Shown here piece after piece: positions 49,274 to 61,719 of a stretch of 64,000 nt of DNA. Positions within the stretch are counted from its first letter, which is position 1. Every line of letters begins with the position of its first letter. The stretch is from assembly GCF_963921235.1 (NCBI RefSeq), contig NC_086097.1, positions 252,094,001 through 252,158,000 of the forward strand, in the 5' to 3' direction. Made by a program: the position numbers and the translations under genes. Source of the stretch: Mobula hypostoma. Taxonomy: Eukaryota. A model generated the notes under the pieces. The model was given only the letters and a program-made list of their open reading frames with translations. It was not told the origin of the DNA and searched no databases.

Positions 49274-50873
49274 CAGGTGTCCCCCGCTTTTCGAACGTTC
49301 GCTTTATGAAACCTCACTGTTACGAAAGACCTACCTTAGTTCCCTGTTTTCGCCAACAGAAGGCGTTTTCACTGTTACGAAAAAAGGCAGCGCGCGGGGA
49401 AAAGCAGCGCGCGCCCTGAGCTGCCGCTCTCCCCCGGATTTGGAACTACATTCTAGCCGGCATTGCTTAAACACATGCCTGTGAGCAGCCGTTAGAAAGA
49501 GTTCTAAGGTATCGGAAAAGCCTGAAAGAGCTCGTAAAGGTGTTACACTTAGCATAAAACTAGACATAATTAAGCATTTCGATCATGGTGAACGAAGTAA
49601 GGACAAAGTGAGTTTGGCTTGTGGAAGTTGACAAAGATGATGTTGAAGAGATTTTGGCATCCCATGACCAAGATCTGATAGATGAAGAGCTGATGCAATT
49701 GGAAGAGGAAAGGATAACAATCGAAACTGAATGAAGTAGCGAATGGACCAAAAGTGAAGTCGTCTAGGAACTGAACATGAAGCAACTGCGTGAGATTTTT
49801 GCTGCAATGATAAAGTACGACTTTAATTTTGAAAGGGTATGTTGGTTTAGGGCATATTTGCAGAATGGTTGGAGTGCTTACAAAGAACTGTATGATCTAA
49901 AAATGCGCGAGGTTAAGCAGTCAAGCAAACCTTCCACATCAGCCACAGCAGACGATGAACCTCAACCTTCGACATCGAGGCAGGCAGTCATAGAAGAAGG
50001 TGACCTGCCTGCCCTGATGGAAACAGACGACACCCCAGTGTCCCACCACCCCAACCCTCGGGCCACAGACAGATACCGATCCGCAAAGAATACAGCAGTA
50101 GCCGGGAGGCACCCAGCACACCTTTAAGAAAAAAGCCAAAATAAACAAGCTAATTAATTAGGTGCCACCTGGTACGTAAACGTCAGCCCAGATCAGAGGC
50201 GACTGCCGATTGCGTCGCCTCTGATTTGGGCCGACATTTACGTGCCGGGCAGCACCTAATTAGTTAGCTTGTTTATTTCGGCTTTTTTCCTTAAAGATGT
50301 GCTGTGTGCATTCCAGCTACCACTGTACCCCTGCGTGCTTCGCGGATCGGTATTGGGTCGCTGCCTGGAGGGTGGGGACCACTGCACCACCCCAGCCTCC
50401 GACGACTCAGCCTAACACACCATCATCAGTGTGCTCGGCGCTGTCCCAATTCCGGTAAGTGATACTACACTGTACGTACATTATTTCTACTTTATATAGG
50501 CTGTGTATTTTTACGTGTTATTTGGTATGATTTGGCAGCTTCATAGCTTAAAGGTTACTGGAGAGAGTGTTTTTGCCGAGAGCGCTTGCGTGAGATTTTC
50601 ACTACGGAGAACAGTGCGGCAATGATTGTGGAAAGGTATTTCTACTTTATATAGGATGTGTATTTATCATATCATTCCTGCTTTTACTATATGTTACTGT
50701 TATTTTAGGTTTAGGTGTTATTTGGCATAATTTTGTAGGTTATTTTTGGGTTTGCAAACGCTCACAAAATTTTCCCATGTAAGTAAATGGTAATTGCTTC
50801 TTCACTTTACGACATTCCGGCTTACAAACCGTTTCATAGGAACGCTCTACCTTCGGATGGCGGGGGAAACCTG
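49274..50873 (+). mobile_element. Tigger/pogo-type DNA transposon, internally deleted
   Basis: TA|CAGGTGTCCCCCGC...GCGGGGGAAACCTG|TA (TIRs with TA duplication). The HTH-psq-like RKGVTLSIKLDIIKHFDHGE is joined to the acidic C-terminal DDVEEILASHDQDLIDEELMQLEEE with no DDD domain. It splits a CR1 fragment at EY/CVQFW. Confidence 0.88.
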
Positions 50874-51065
50874 TATTGTGGTCAGTTCTGGTTGTCTTGT
50901 TATGGGTAGGGTGCAGAAGCTTTCGAGAGGGTGTACAGGAGGTTTACCAGGATGCTGCCTGCACTAGAGAGCATGTCTTATGAAGAAAGATTGAGCAAGC
51001 TAGGACTTTTCTCTTTGGAGAGGAGGAGGACAAAAGATGACTTGATCGAGGTGTACAAGATGATA

Positions 51066-51720
51066 AATAGTCATAGTCATACATTATTGATCCCAGGGGA
51101 AATTGGTTTTCATTACAGTTGCACCATAAATAATAAATAGTGATAGAACCATAAATAGTTAAATAGTAATATGTAAATTATGCCAGTAAATTATGAAATA
51201 ATTCCAGGACCAGCCTATCTGCTCAGGGTGTCTGACCCTCCAAGGGAGGAGTTGTAAAGTTTGATGGCCACAGGCAGGAATGACTTCCTATGACGCTCTG
51301 TGCTGCATCTCGGTGGAATGAGTCTCTGGCTGAATGTACTCCTGTGCCCACCCAGTACATTATGTAGTGGATGGGAGACATTGTCCAAGATGGCATGCAA
51401 CTTAGACAGCATCCTCTTTTCAAACACCACCGTGAGAGAGTCCAGTTCCATCCCCACAACATCACTGGCCTTACGAATGAGTTTGTTGATTCTGTTGGTG
51501 TCTGCTACCCTCAGCCTGCTGCCCCAGCATACAACAGCAAACATGATAACACTGGCCACCACAGACTCGCAGAACATCCTGAGCATCGTCCGGCAGATGT
51601 TAAAGGACCTCAGTCTCCTCAGGAAATAGAGACAGCTCTGACTCTTCTTGTAGACAGCCTCAGTGTTCTTTGACCAGTCCAGTTTATTGTCAATTCATAT
51701 CCCCAGGTATTTGTAACCCT
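51066..51720 (-). mobile_element. Rex1/L2-like LINE 3' fragment, well preserved
   Basis: ORF 51215..51586 (FAVVCWG...SHPLH...TERHRKSFLPVAIKLYN); (ATGACT)n-like tail. Confidence 0.8.
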
Positions 51721-52422
51721 TGATCGGGTGGACAGGCAGGATGGAATTGACTTTTAAGGTGTTAAGGTGACTGGAGGAAAGTACAGGGGGAAGTCAGAGG
51801 TAAATATATTCCACAGAGAGGTTGGGGGGGGGGGTGCATGGAATACTCTGCCAGGAGAGGTGGTGTGACTATTAAACAGGTACATTGATGATAGAAAAAC
51901 AGAGGGTTATGAAGGAGGGGTTAGATTGATCTGGGCGTAGTATGGAGCAACGGGCCATTACCGTGCTGTAATGTTCTGGGTTCTATTCTCTGTATCAATA
52001 TCATGAGCTCCAATCGAGATACTGAAACACTGGAGACGGCAGCTACTGAAAGATGGAACCATACATTTAAACTTGACCCTGATGCAAGGTCTGGATCTAA
52101 AAAATTGACACCCTTTCCTCCACCTGCCAAATTCTTCCACCACTTAGATGTTTTACTGCTGGTGTGCGAGTACACTGGCGTCTGAAGTTAGTGTTTCAGG
52201 GGAGCCCTTCAGCATTTCTTTATCAAACCTTCAACCATCTGCCCACTGATACATGCACATAACGGACGATCTAACCTGGACCCACAACGCCACATTAGTC
52301 CAGAAGGCACACCAGTATCTATACTTTGTGAGATTGCGGCGTGCAAGGCTCCCCACCACCATTCTAACAACTTTCTACAGGAGCGCCATCATGTCTGCAT
52401 TGGGCTGCAGGACCGTATAGAT

Positions 52423-55400
52423 CAGTGATTCCCAACCGGGCGCGGGGGCGCTTACGCGTCCTAAGGGGGCACTGGGGGAAACAGAAGTTGTCGGGGGGAG
52501 GTGGAAAGCGGCACCCTAACTTGAGGCTCTTCCAAAAAAGGATGAGGCACTGGAACACGGGAAGAACCACAACGAACACTCGTCATAACATGTCTGAAAC
52601 TCGGCAATCTCATCCGACTTTACCAATCAAACTGACATTATTGGGGATGCATAAACTAGCAACCAGGGTGCCCAAAAGTCCCCCTTCACTCGTGGCACGG
52701 AACGAGTTCATGCAATTTAACAGTTGGTAAGTCAAGTACACCCTCTCAACCTTCTCTACAGATCTACGGAAAAGAAGTCGTGCGACGATACAGTGCTGGC
52801 CGGAACCCAACGGTGAAATAGAGCGAATCAGTGAACCTGTCCACCCTGAAGATTCCTCTCGATTGGTCAATCGTGTTAACTGGAATAGTATAATATAAAG
52901 TTAATGGTATAAAGTTAACTTGCCCAACACCAGCTCTATCCCGATTAACATTCAGATTCCAATCTGAATCCCTGTGCCCAGTAATTTTCACTGTTAGCAT
53001 CTTCACCTCGCAGTTCCTTTGCGTGGCGCTACTCGCCGTCGTTGTCAACATCCGATAGGCGTTCCCAGTTCGTGACATTTTTTTTTAAATTTAGCCCTGT
53101 TAATGATAGATAAAACACGTACAGTGCGATTTCTAAGTCTGAAGGAGGTGAAACCTTGAATTCTAATGCCACACAAAAAAAAAACAACAGAAAGTGCGTC
53201 AATACAATGTCACATACCTGGAGTGTGGTTTTATCCGTTCCGTCAGATCTGCGACCCATGTATCTTATTGTTGGTACTGTACCGTCTAATGAAGCCATCG
53301 AACCATCAGGATTTCAGGAACACTTCTGTAAAAGACAGCCTGAAAAGGCTGCTTATGGTATTACTCAGCTGCAGAAGATGAAAGAAGCATTTGAAAAGCA
53401 TTGCACACTCGAGTCATTTGCTAAGAAAGCTAAAAATGACCTTGATAGTGGTCTCATTGCTTCTTATGACATTTGCAAAATGATAGCAAAGTGTGGAAAA
53501 TCTCATACAATGGTGAAAGATTAATAATGCCGGCTGTATCAGAAGTGCTCACCACAGTTCTCAAAATAGATACCAGTATTTTAAAATCAGTTCCTCTGAG
53601 TAATAATTCTGTAGCTCATCCTAGTGACGAAATGAGTGAAGACATTGAGCATCAACTATGCAGAGTTACAAAATTTGGGATACAACTGGATGAGTCAACT
53701 GTGTGAGACAAGGAGGCATTGCTAATGGCATATGTACAATTTATCAAAAATGGAAAAGTTTATGAAGAGATTCTCTTTTGTAAAATATTAAAAACAAACA
53801 TCAATGGAGAATCAATCTATGACAAACTGAAAATGTATATTGAGGATATACAAGCATTCAGATTAGGAGCATGATTTCTTGTGCAATGGATGAAGCACCA
53901 TATATGACAGGATGTCACGCCGATTTATTGGCATTTATAAAAAAAAATTCCAAGTCTGTTTGGAATTCGCTGTCAACATTTCGCAGCCCAGAACTTCACC
54001 CAGTGACTATTTTAAAGTATGGCTCTTGCAATATCAACAAAATTAGAGCTCATCCATTAAAGAGCAAAATATTTCACCAGTTACGCCAAGACAATAATGA
54101 AGAGTTTGAATGCTTGCTTCTTCCTGCTGAAGTGTGCTGGCTGTCAAAATGCTGCTGCTTAAAACCTTGCTTTGATCCTTAACACTTTCTGCTGAAAATT
54201 GACAAGAGCTTGGGAAATGAGATTGAACAACGTGGAGATGTGACATACCTCGCCGACCTGTATGACAAAATGAACATTCTAAATATGAAACTGCAGGGTG
54301 AGGATTTCAATTTAATCCAGGCAAAAAGTGTGGTGTCCACTTTTTGAAAGTTGGAAACACATAAGCAAAGCTGTGGGAGAAGGAAGTTCTCACAGTTTCC
54401 CTGCATTCTTTCACAACAGTAATTTGCAAAAGTACTGCTTGCACCTGCAGTCATTGAAAGATTTTCAGAATCAATTCAAGGAATTGAACAATCTGGAAAT
54501 TCCAGACTGGGTAATTAACCAATTTCTTTGCAAGGTGGAAGAACAGGAAGAGAGCTTGCAAGAAGAAATTATCAAAATTCAGAACGATAAAGAAGCAAAA
54601 ATGCTTTTCAAAAATGTTAGCTTTTGTGGTATGTGGCTACACTGTCATACAAAGTTCCCTAGTCTTCAGAGAAGAGCCAAACTGATCTTCATTACAATTC
54701 CATCCTCCTACCTTGTTGAAAGAGGCTTCAGTGCAGAGACGAATCAGCGTACAGAGCGGAGGTACAGAACTTAGTGAGCTGGTGCTCAGAGAACAACCTG
54801 TTTCTTAATGCAGCAAAGACCAAGGAGCTAATTATCAACTTTGGAAAGTCACGGGATGACGAGTACGCTCCAGTCTACATTAACAGAGACATAGTGGAGA
54901 GAGTGTCCAGTTTCAGGTTTCTGGGAATACACAACTTAGAAGGCCTTATATGGTCCACTAACACCACCACAATAGTTAAGAAAGCACAGCAACGCTTGTT
55001 TTTCCTCAGGACGCTGAAGGAAGCTGGTCTACCTGAACAGATGCTGGTGACCTTTTACCGCTGCACCATAGACAGCATCTTAACATACTGCATCTCTGTG
55101 TGGTATCTCAGTTGCACAGCAGCTGATGGGAACGCACTTCAGCGGGTCATCTCTAGCGTACAGAAGATCATCGGGACACAGCTCCCAGCCCTGGAGGACA
55201 CCGACAGCTCACACTGCCTAAGGAAAGCTACAAGCATCTGTAAGGACAATACACACCCATGCAATCATCTGTTTGAACTTTTTCCATTCGGCAGATGTTA
55301 TAAGACTTTCTATGCCCACACTTCCAGACTGAAAAATAGCTTTTTCCCCAGAGCTATAATTGCTCTGAACCGATCGATCAAGCATCATCCATAAATTGGT

Positions 55401-55775
55401 TATATTGCTACTTTAATACTGGATTTATGGTTGTCATGTGTCTGAGTTGTGCTGCTGTTCTGCTGGACATCGCTCGTACTGGCTGGTTACTTGATTTATT
55501 TATTATTTGTTTTATTTGTTGTTTTATAGCATTGAGTATGAGAGTTGCAAACTCTTTTTCGCTGTATTGGTGCATGACAAACTGTACTATGCAGTGACAA
55601 TAAAGATATTTCGTTTCATAAAAATTTAAAGAATCATTTTTCTCATTAGCATATGGTAGATATGTTTTTACACAATGGAGGCTCTAAAGAGTACACTTTG
55701 TCTAAGATGGGCGTTGGCAAGTATGTAGGAGCTTTGGGGGGGGGTGTTGGGCTAACAAAATGTTGGGAAATGCTG
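52423..55775 (+). mobile_element. hAT (Charlie/Buster-like) DNA transposon relic with frameshifted transposase
   Basis: TIRs CAGTGATTCCCAAC / GTTGGGAAATGCTG. 8-bp flanks GTATAGAT and GTACAGAC. Fragments IAKCGKSHT.GERLIMPA, VPLSNNSV, FGIQLDEST, IPSSYLVERGFSA. Confidence 0.88.
54736..55618 (+). mobile_element. Rex1/L2-like LINE 3' fragment nested in the hAT element
   Basis: ORF 54774..55394 (WCSENNLFLNAAKTKELIINF...KKAQQRLFFLR...RLKNSFFPRAI); AATAAA plus (ATTTC)-like tail. Confidence 0.85.
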
Positions 55776-56799
55776 GTACAGACGATAGTAAAAACTGTGG
55801 GGAGTATCACCGGGGTCTCCCCCAACACTATTTATAACATTTACCAGGACCGTTGCAGACAAATGGCTTGAAGCTTTGTTGTGCATCCCTACCACCCACC
55901 CCACAATCTCCCAGACCCACTACCTTGAGGAAGGAGGTGCAAGAGCATCAGGGCCAGGACTGACAGACCGGGTAACAGTTTCTGCCCTCAGGCTGTGAGA
56001 CTAACGATAGGTGACCCTGTTACCACTGAGGTCCTGTTCCTAAACCAGGCAGCTGTTTACCATTTACCTGTGCTGTACTACATGCAATTTGAATTATATT
56101 TTATTGACTTTGGTAACATTTTGTTTTTTTGTGATGTGTGTGATCTATGTTTTGTGAATGCACTGTGGTCTGGAGGAACATTGGTTGTATAAATATACAG
56201 TCAGATGACAATAAACTTGAACTTTCATTATTGTATTTAATGACAACGGAAACATATCCACAGTGAGTACAAGAAATTAATAAGCAAAAATTATAACCTG
56301 AAACAAAAACCATTCCAAACACATTAAAGTATAGAAAAGTATTTAAACAGTTTTTGAAAGAACAATCTTACATTGATCCACTGTACTGGCTAACCTTTCA
56401 TATTTACTGAGAAATTGGTTGATCCTAAATTAGTAAATAAAATTAAATCACAGACCCTACTGTAAGACTGATTTGGCAAAGTGCTGGATTTATTCTGGAA
56501 AATGGATGATATCAGTCAACTGAGTGAGCATAAAGTCTCAGAGTGAGTTAAAACAACCACAATCTTTGATTTTTGCAGTTACCTGTCATAATTGACCATA
56601 AAACTGTACAGAGCAACTCCGCAAAGTCTTCTGTGCATAGTTAGATTGCTTATATTTACATCACCTGTCTCTTTCATATCCACAAAATTCTTCATGTTAC
56701 AGTAAATGATGAATTCACATACTGGAAGGCACATAATTTACAAAACCTGAATCCCACTATTCAGGAATTTAAGCTACAGCTTAGTATCTTTAAATGTAT

Positions 56800-57025
56800 T
56801 TATTTTATTTAGAGATACAGTACAGTAACAGGCCATTGCTGCCCAACACACCCATGTGACCAATTAACCCACTAACCGGCACGTCTTTGGACTGTGGGAG
56901 GAAACCAGAGCACCCGGGGGAAACCCACGCAGTCACGGGGAGAGCGTACAAACTCCTTACAGGCAGAGGTGGGTACTGAACCTGGATCGCTGGTGCTGTA
57001 ACAGCGTTATGCTACTGTGCTACTC
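56800..57025 (-). mobile_element. tRNA-derived SINE (V-SINE/HE1-like)
   Basis: Contains the reverse complement of the V-SINE-like core GTGGGTTTCCCCCGGGTGCTCTGGTTTCCTCCCACAGTCCAAAGACGT. Confidence 0.8.
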
Positions 57026-57169
57026 CGTTTCTAACAATTTCATATATTTTGTAACATTTACACTTCTCCTCCTGTAATATGTACCAGCTTTGTTCATAAT
57101 CTTAAGTCTTTTGATGATCGTCATCAACGACGTATCCCATCCCACAAAATACAAAGGGCTCTTTACAGC

Positions 57170-57258
57170 TGGGGTTCCCAACCTTTTTTATGCAATGGAC
57201 CCTGACCATTAACTGTGGGGGGGGGGGTGCAGTGGACCCCCTGGCTGGGAAACTCCTG
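57170..57258. mobile_element. ~85-bp hAT-type MITE; relatives at ~27083..27162, ~58056..58134 and a half copy at ~15121..15152
   Basis: Termini GGGGTTCCCAACC...GGCTGGGAAACTCCTG resemble the TIRs of the hAT element at 52423. Confidence 0.6.
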
Positions 57259-58384
57259 TTTTACAAAAACACAATAAATCAGTCAAATGTACAGGACAAC
57301 ATCAAAGTATCAACAGCCATTTGGTTTGGATACGTCAACACAAGAGGTTCTGCAGATGCTGGAAATCCAAAGCAACACACACAGAATGCTGGAGGAACTC
57401 AGCAGGTCGGGCAGCATCTACGGAGAGGAATAGACAGTCGATATTTCAGGCCAAGGCCCTTCACCGGGACTGGAAATGAAAGGGGAAGACAGCAGAATAA
57501 GAAGGTGGAGGGGGGCATGGAAGGTGATAGGTGAAAAGTAAAGGACTGGAGAGGAAGGAATCTGATAGGAGAGTGAACCATGGGAGAAAGGGAAAGAGGA
57601 TGGACTCCAGAGGGAGGTGATAGGCAGGTGAGGAGAAGAGGTAAGAGGCTAGAGTGGGAAATGAAGACGAGTGGAGGGGAATGGGGGAGAAGTTGAAGGA
57701 GTCAATGTTCATGTTTGCTTATTTGTTTTCATAGATGCTGTCTGGCCTGCCGAGTCCCTCGAGCAGTGTGTGTGTGTGTTGGTTAGGATACATGTTAATA
57801 CCCAATCACCATCAGTTATCCATACAACTGAAAACTTGTGCAATCTCTGCAGAAAGAACCACAAGTCAATTAGATTTTTACCACAATGTTGTCAGTGATA
57901 AATAGCTAACAAAATAATCATATAAAGAAAACATGCTTCGGTATCAATTTTATGCAGTTTTACAAAACATTTTCTGTGATGGACTTGGTTACCAACTCGT
58001 AGCTTCCAAGACAACCAAAGAGGCATTAATTAGACCTTTGAGAGATGTTCTAGAGTAGAGGTTCCCAAGCTGGAGCCCACAGGCCCCGTGCTTAATGGTA
58101 TTGGTTCATGGTATAAAGAGAGCTGGGATCCCCGCTCCAGAGATTGTCCTTAGTTAGTAAAACAGAGATACAAGACAGAGTATTCGTAAATTTAAAAAAG
58201 AGGTCCTGAGTCATGGTTGCACAACTTCATTGAAAATTCCACAACTTTCACTGTGACTAACCAGACTGTACAAACTAGATGCAAAAATCTGAAAATTTGT
58301 GTAACTGCTTATTTTCTGATTTATTTATTAAGATGCTTCCACAAAGTAGAACCTTGTTGGATAAAAGCAATACGAAGTATAGAA

Positions 58385-58438
58385 TAACTCCCCCATGGAC
58401 GGTCCCAAGCCCGGCTGTGAAAGGAGGAGGCGGATTGG
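58385..58438 (+). ncRNA. Twister ribozyme-like motif (partly decayed) at the 5' end of a ~265-bp element (58386..~58652)
   Basis: TAA-CTCC-CCCATGGA-CGG-TCCCAAGC-CCG-GCTGTGAAA-GGAG-GAGG: P2 CTCC/GGAG, P4 CGG/CCG, hallmark loop UCCCAAGC and downstream GAGG. Confidence 0.65.
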
Positions 58439-58956
58439 ACATGGGTCTAGCAACCCCATCCCGTTAAAACCCAGAGCTACAGAAACACCAAAGACCCCGT
58501 CCCTGGGAGGAGGGAGACCTTTGCCCGGATGACCTATGGTGAAAGCAGAAGCCACAAGGCCAATCAACCTGCAGCCCAGGACACAGGACTGTGGTGAGCT
58601 GCTCGTAGCGGCCGATGCCTCAGGAGGGTTGATGGGTTTAAGGAGAAGGAAGAATGAAACATTTCATCCTTGTTAGTTTTCATTACGTGCAGCAATTAAA
58701 ACTAACTTCGAAATAAAAGTAAGCTGGGAAAGAATCATCACAAAACTCAACAAATGTGCTTCCCCATGAAAGATTAAATTTCACAGGTACATCTTCAGAA
58801 AATGGGATAAAAATAAAACCATTTTATATCCAGAGTGTATCTAGACATATCTACAATATGTAACTATTCTACAATAAACATCAGTTAACATAACAAGAAC
58901 AAAATAATCCTTCATGTACAATGCACAGTGTCGAGTATAACCTCAAAAATATCCCA

Positions 58957-59631
58957 CACTCCATGGCCACTTTATTAGGTACACCTGTACACCAGACTAT
59001 TATGTGGTAGCAACACATTGCAGAAAAGCATGCAGACATGGTCAAGAGTTGTTGTTCAGACCAAACATCAGAATGGGGAAGAAATGTGATCTAAGCCTTT
59101 GACAATTGAATGGTTATTGGTGCCAGACAGGGTGGTTTAAGCATTTAAGAAACTGCTGATCTGGAATTTTCACAAACAACATAAAACCATAATACATAGG
59201 AGCCATTCAGCCCATCAAGTCTGCTCCACCATTCAATCATGGCTAATCCCAGGTCCCACTCAACCCCATACACCAGTCTTCTTGCCATATCCTTTGATGT
59301 CCTGACCAATCAAGAAACTATCAACTTCTGCTTTAAATGTACCCACGGACTTGGCCTCCAGTGCAGTCCGTGGAATTTACAGAGAATGTTGTGAGAAATG
59401 AAAATAAAAACACCTAGTGAGTGGCAGTTCTGTGGACGCAATCACCTTGTTAATGAGAGAGGTCAGAGGAGAATGGCCAGACTGGTTCAAGCTGACAGGA
59501 AGGTGACAGTAACTCAAATAACCACACGTTACGACAGTGGTGTGCAGAAGAGCATCTCTGAATGCACAGCCTTCAGGTGGATCACTGCAGTAGCAGATCT
59601 CACCTGTACCTAATCAAGTGGCCACTGAGTG
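58957..59631 (+). mobile_element. Tc1-like DNA transposon, internally deleted, interrupted by a CR1 tail (~59180..59372)
   Basis: TIRs CACTCCATGGCCACTTTATTAGGTACA / TGTACCTAATCAAGTGGCCACTGAGTG. Transposase N-terminal relics MGKKCDLS and CGRNHLVNERGQRRMARLVQADRK. Confidence 0.85.
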
Positions 59632-60589
59632 CATAACACATTTAGAAAGAAGGAAATGGACAATCATGAAACAGAACATATTTGGAAATGTTTGGACTGC
59701 TAAATGGAGAGAAGGCATGTAAGTATCTCCAAACTTTGAATATGTACAATTAGCCTGTAGCAAGAGTGGTGTGTCCAGGGAGGGGTAGCACCTCTAGTGA
59801 TGGGCTTGTTCTGTCCATTCTGGGGCAGCTCACTCACTTTGACTCTCAGCTCTCACCTGTGGCTCCAAGTAGCTGTTTGCATTGGCTGCAGCCACACCCC
59901 GGTCCACCACTTCAACAGGTGACAGCAACCAGCAGAGCTCATACCTCAGTGAGATAGGGACATGCCCGTGACGTCAGGTCCAGCAGGCTAGGTGGATGCG
60001 GTCTACAGGGAGATCCAATGGCCAGGAAGGCATTTCCTCCTGGAGAGTGAAGGACATGACAGGCACAGAGGAGTCGTGGTCATCCACTGCAACCACTGAA
60101 GACCACAGTTTGTGACGACTACTCGTACCACTGGAGGTCGAGAGAGAGAAGCTGCCCCAGTGCATCGTCTTTTCCACTTCAGAAACTCTCCTGCACAGGC
60201 TTCCTGTCATTGTCGGATACAACAGACAACCACCATCACAAAACGATCTGAACACCTCCAATCCAAAAAGGTTGATTTTGAAAAGATGAAATATACATTT
60301 ACACAGGCTCCTTTGTTGTCACATTACAGATATTCAGAAAAATTACACTGTATTGTCCCTGAGAATTGGCATATTACAAAATAAAGTTGAAATTCTCCTC
60401 ACAAGCAAATCACAACCAAAAGAGGCCTCTCGTCTCCCAGGCAACGTCTGTGAATGATTGTGTTGTAATACAGCCGTATTTTCCCTCACGTGTCCACTTC
60501 ATTCGGGAAACACATGCAGATTGCATGGATAGTCATATGAAAATGCGAAATTTGGACAAGCAAACCCTAAACCATAATCCAGAGCAACT

Positions 60590-61195
60590 CACACAACTCA
60601 GCAGGTCAAGCAGCATCTATGGAGAGGAATAAACAGTCCATGTTTTGGGCCGAAACCTTTGACCAGGACTGGAAAGGAAGAGGGAAGAAGCCAGAATAAG
60701 GTGGGGGGGGGAGGGGGGAAGGGAGGAAGGAGTACAAGCTGACAGGTGAGATAAGAAATCCAGAGCAACACATATAAAATGTCAGAAAAACTCAGCAGGT
60801 CAGGCAGCATCTATGGATATTGAACAAACGGTCGACCTTTCAGGCTGAGATCCTTCTATGGGACTGGAGAAGAAGAGGGAAGATGAGAGAATAGAAGGTG
60901 TGGGGAGGGGAAAGGTGATAGGTGAGGCCAGGTGGGTGGGAAGGGTAAAGGACTGGAGAGGAAGGAATCTGATTAGGAGATTCCTTCTCCTACTTTTATG
61001 AGAGAAATGGAAGGAGATGGGGATCCAGGGAGAGGTGATAGGCAGGTGAAAAGAGGCCAGAGGCCAGAGGCCAGAGGGGAGGGGGGGAAGGCAATTCTTT
61101 TTTAACCAGAAGGAGAAATTGATATTCATGCCATCAGGTTGGAGGCTACCCAGGTGCTGCTCCTTCAACCTGAGAGTGGCCTACCCTATTCATTA
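60590..61195 (-). mobile_element. Two tandem Penelope-like 3' ends with decayed hammerheads
   Basis: Repeated CTCAGCAGGTCA.GCAGCATCTATGGA blocks and purine-rich tracts, homologous to 5775..6497 and 8044..8470. Confidence 0.7.
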
Positions 61196-61438
61196 GAAAA
61201 GAGTCCAAGGAGCTCATCAGAGTTCAAGAGTAAAGTTCCTACAAATAAGGAAAAGGCATTTGGTAATACAAAGTTTAACAGAGCTCCGAGAAAAGAGATT
61301 AGAAACCCAAAAAGACTTATTCAATATGATTAATAACTCCCAATTTTGTTAAATATGGAGCACTACAAAAAGGCTACCGATATACCCTAGATTTACGTTG
61401 ATAACGTTGCTTAAAAAAACACGAAATAGCAATGACAG

Positions 61439-61688
61439 TTAATAGTTATACTGGCGCTGGCATGGCTGCTGTAAAACATGGGAGGTGTGTTTAACCTGTC
61501 GAGAAAGACACTCCCTGGTAAGGTTCTGGCGGCGAATGCTGTTGCGGTTGACGAGGTGCCTTGCATCGTGCTCTTTTCCGCGTTGAACGTAGCGGAGCTG
61601 ACTGGCTTGTACCACAGAATCTGTTTGGGTGGCTGCTGCAGCCGTGTAGAAGTGAATATGGTGGCCTACCTGATCAGCAGTATTCCCT
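61439..61688 (-). CDS. TP53INP1: Tumor protein p53-inducible nuclear protein 1, last coding exon
   Basis: ttttttttcctcattctag|A GGG AAT... encodes GNTADQVGHHIHFY...NRNSIRRQNLTRECLSRQVKH...QQPCQRQYNY*, the DOR-family C-terminus. Synteny with CCNE2 favours TP53INP1 over TP53INP2. Upstream exons lie beyond the window. Confidence 0.92.
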
Positions 61689-61719
61689 CTAGAATGAGGA
61701 AAAAAAATGCAATTACTAA

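Noticed and set aside
53156..54774. Domesticated ZBED/SCAND3-like gene
   Set aside because: Multiple frameshifts and stops, TIRs and TSD still present, and interrupted by a LINE.
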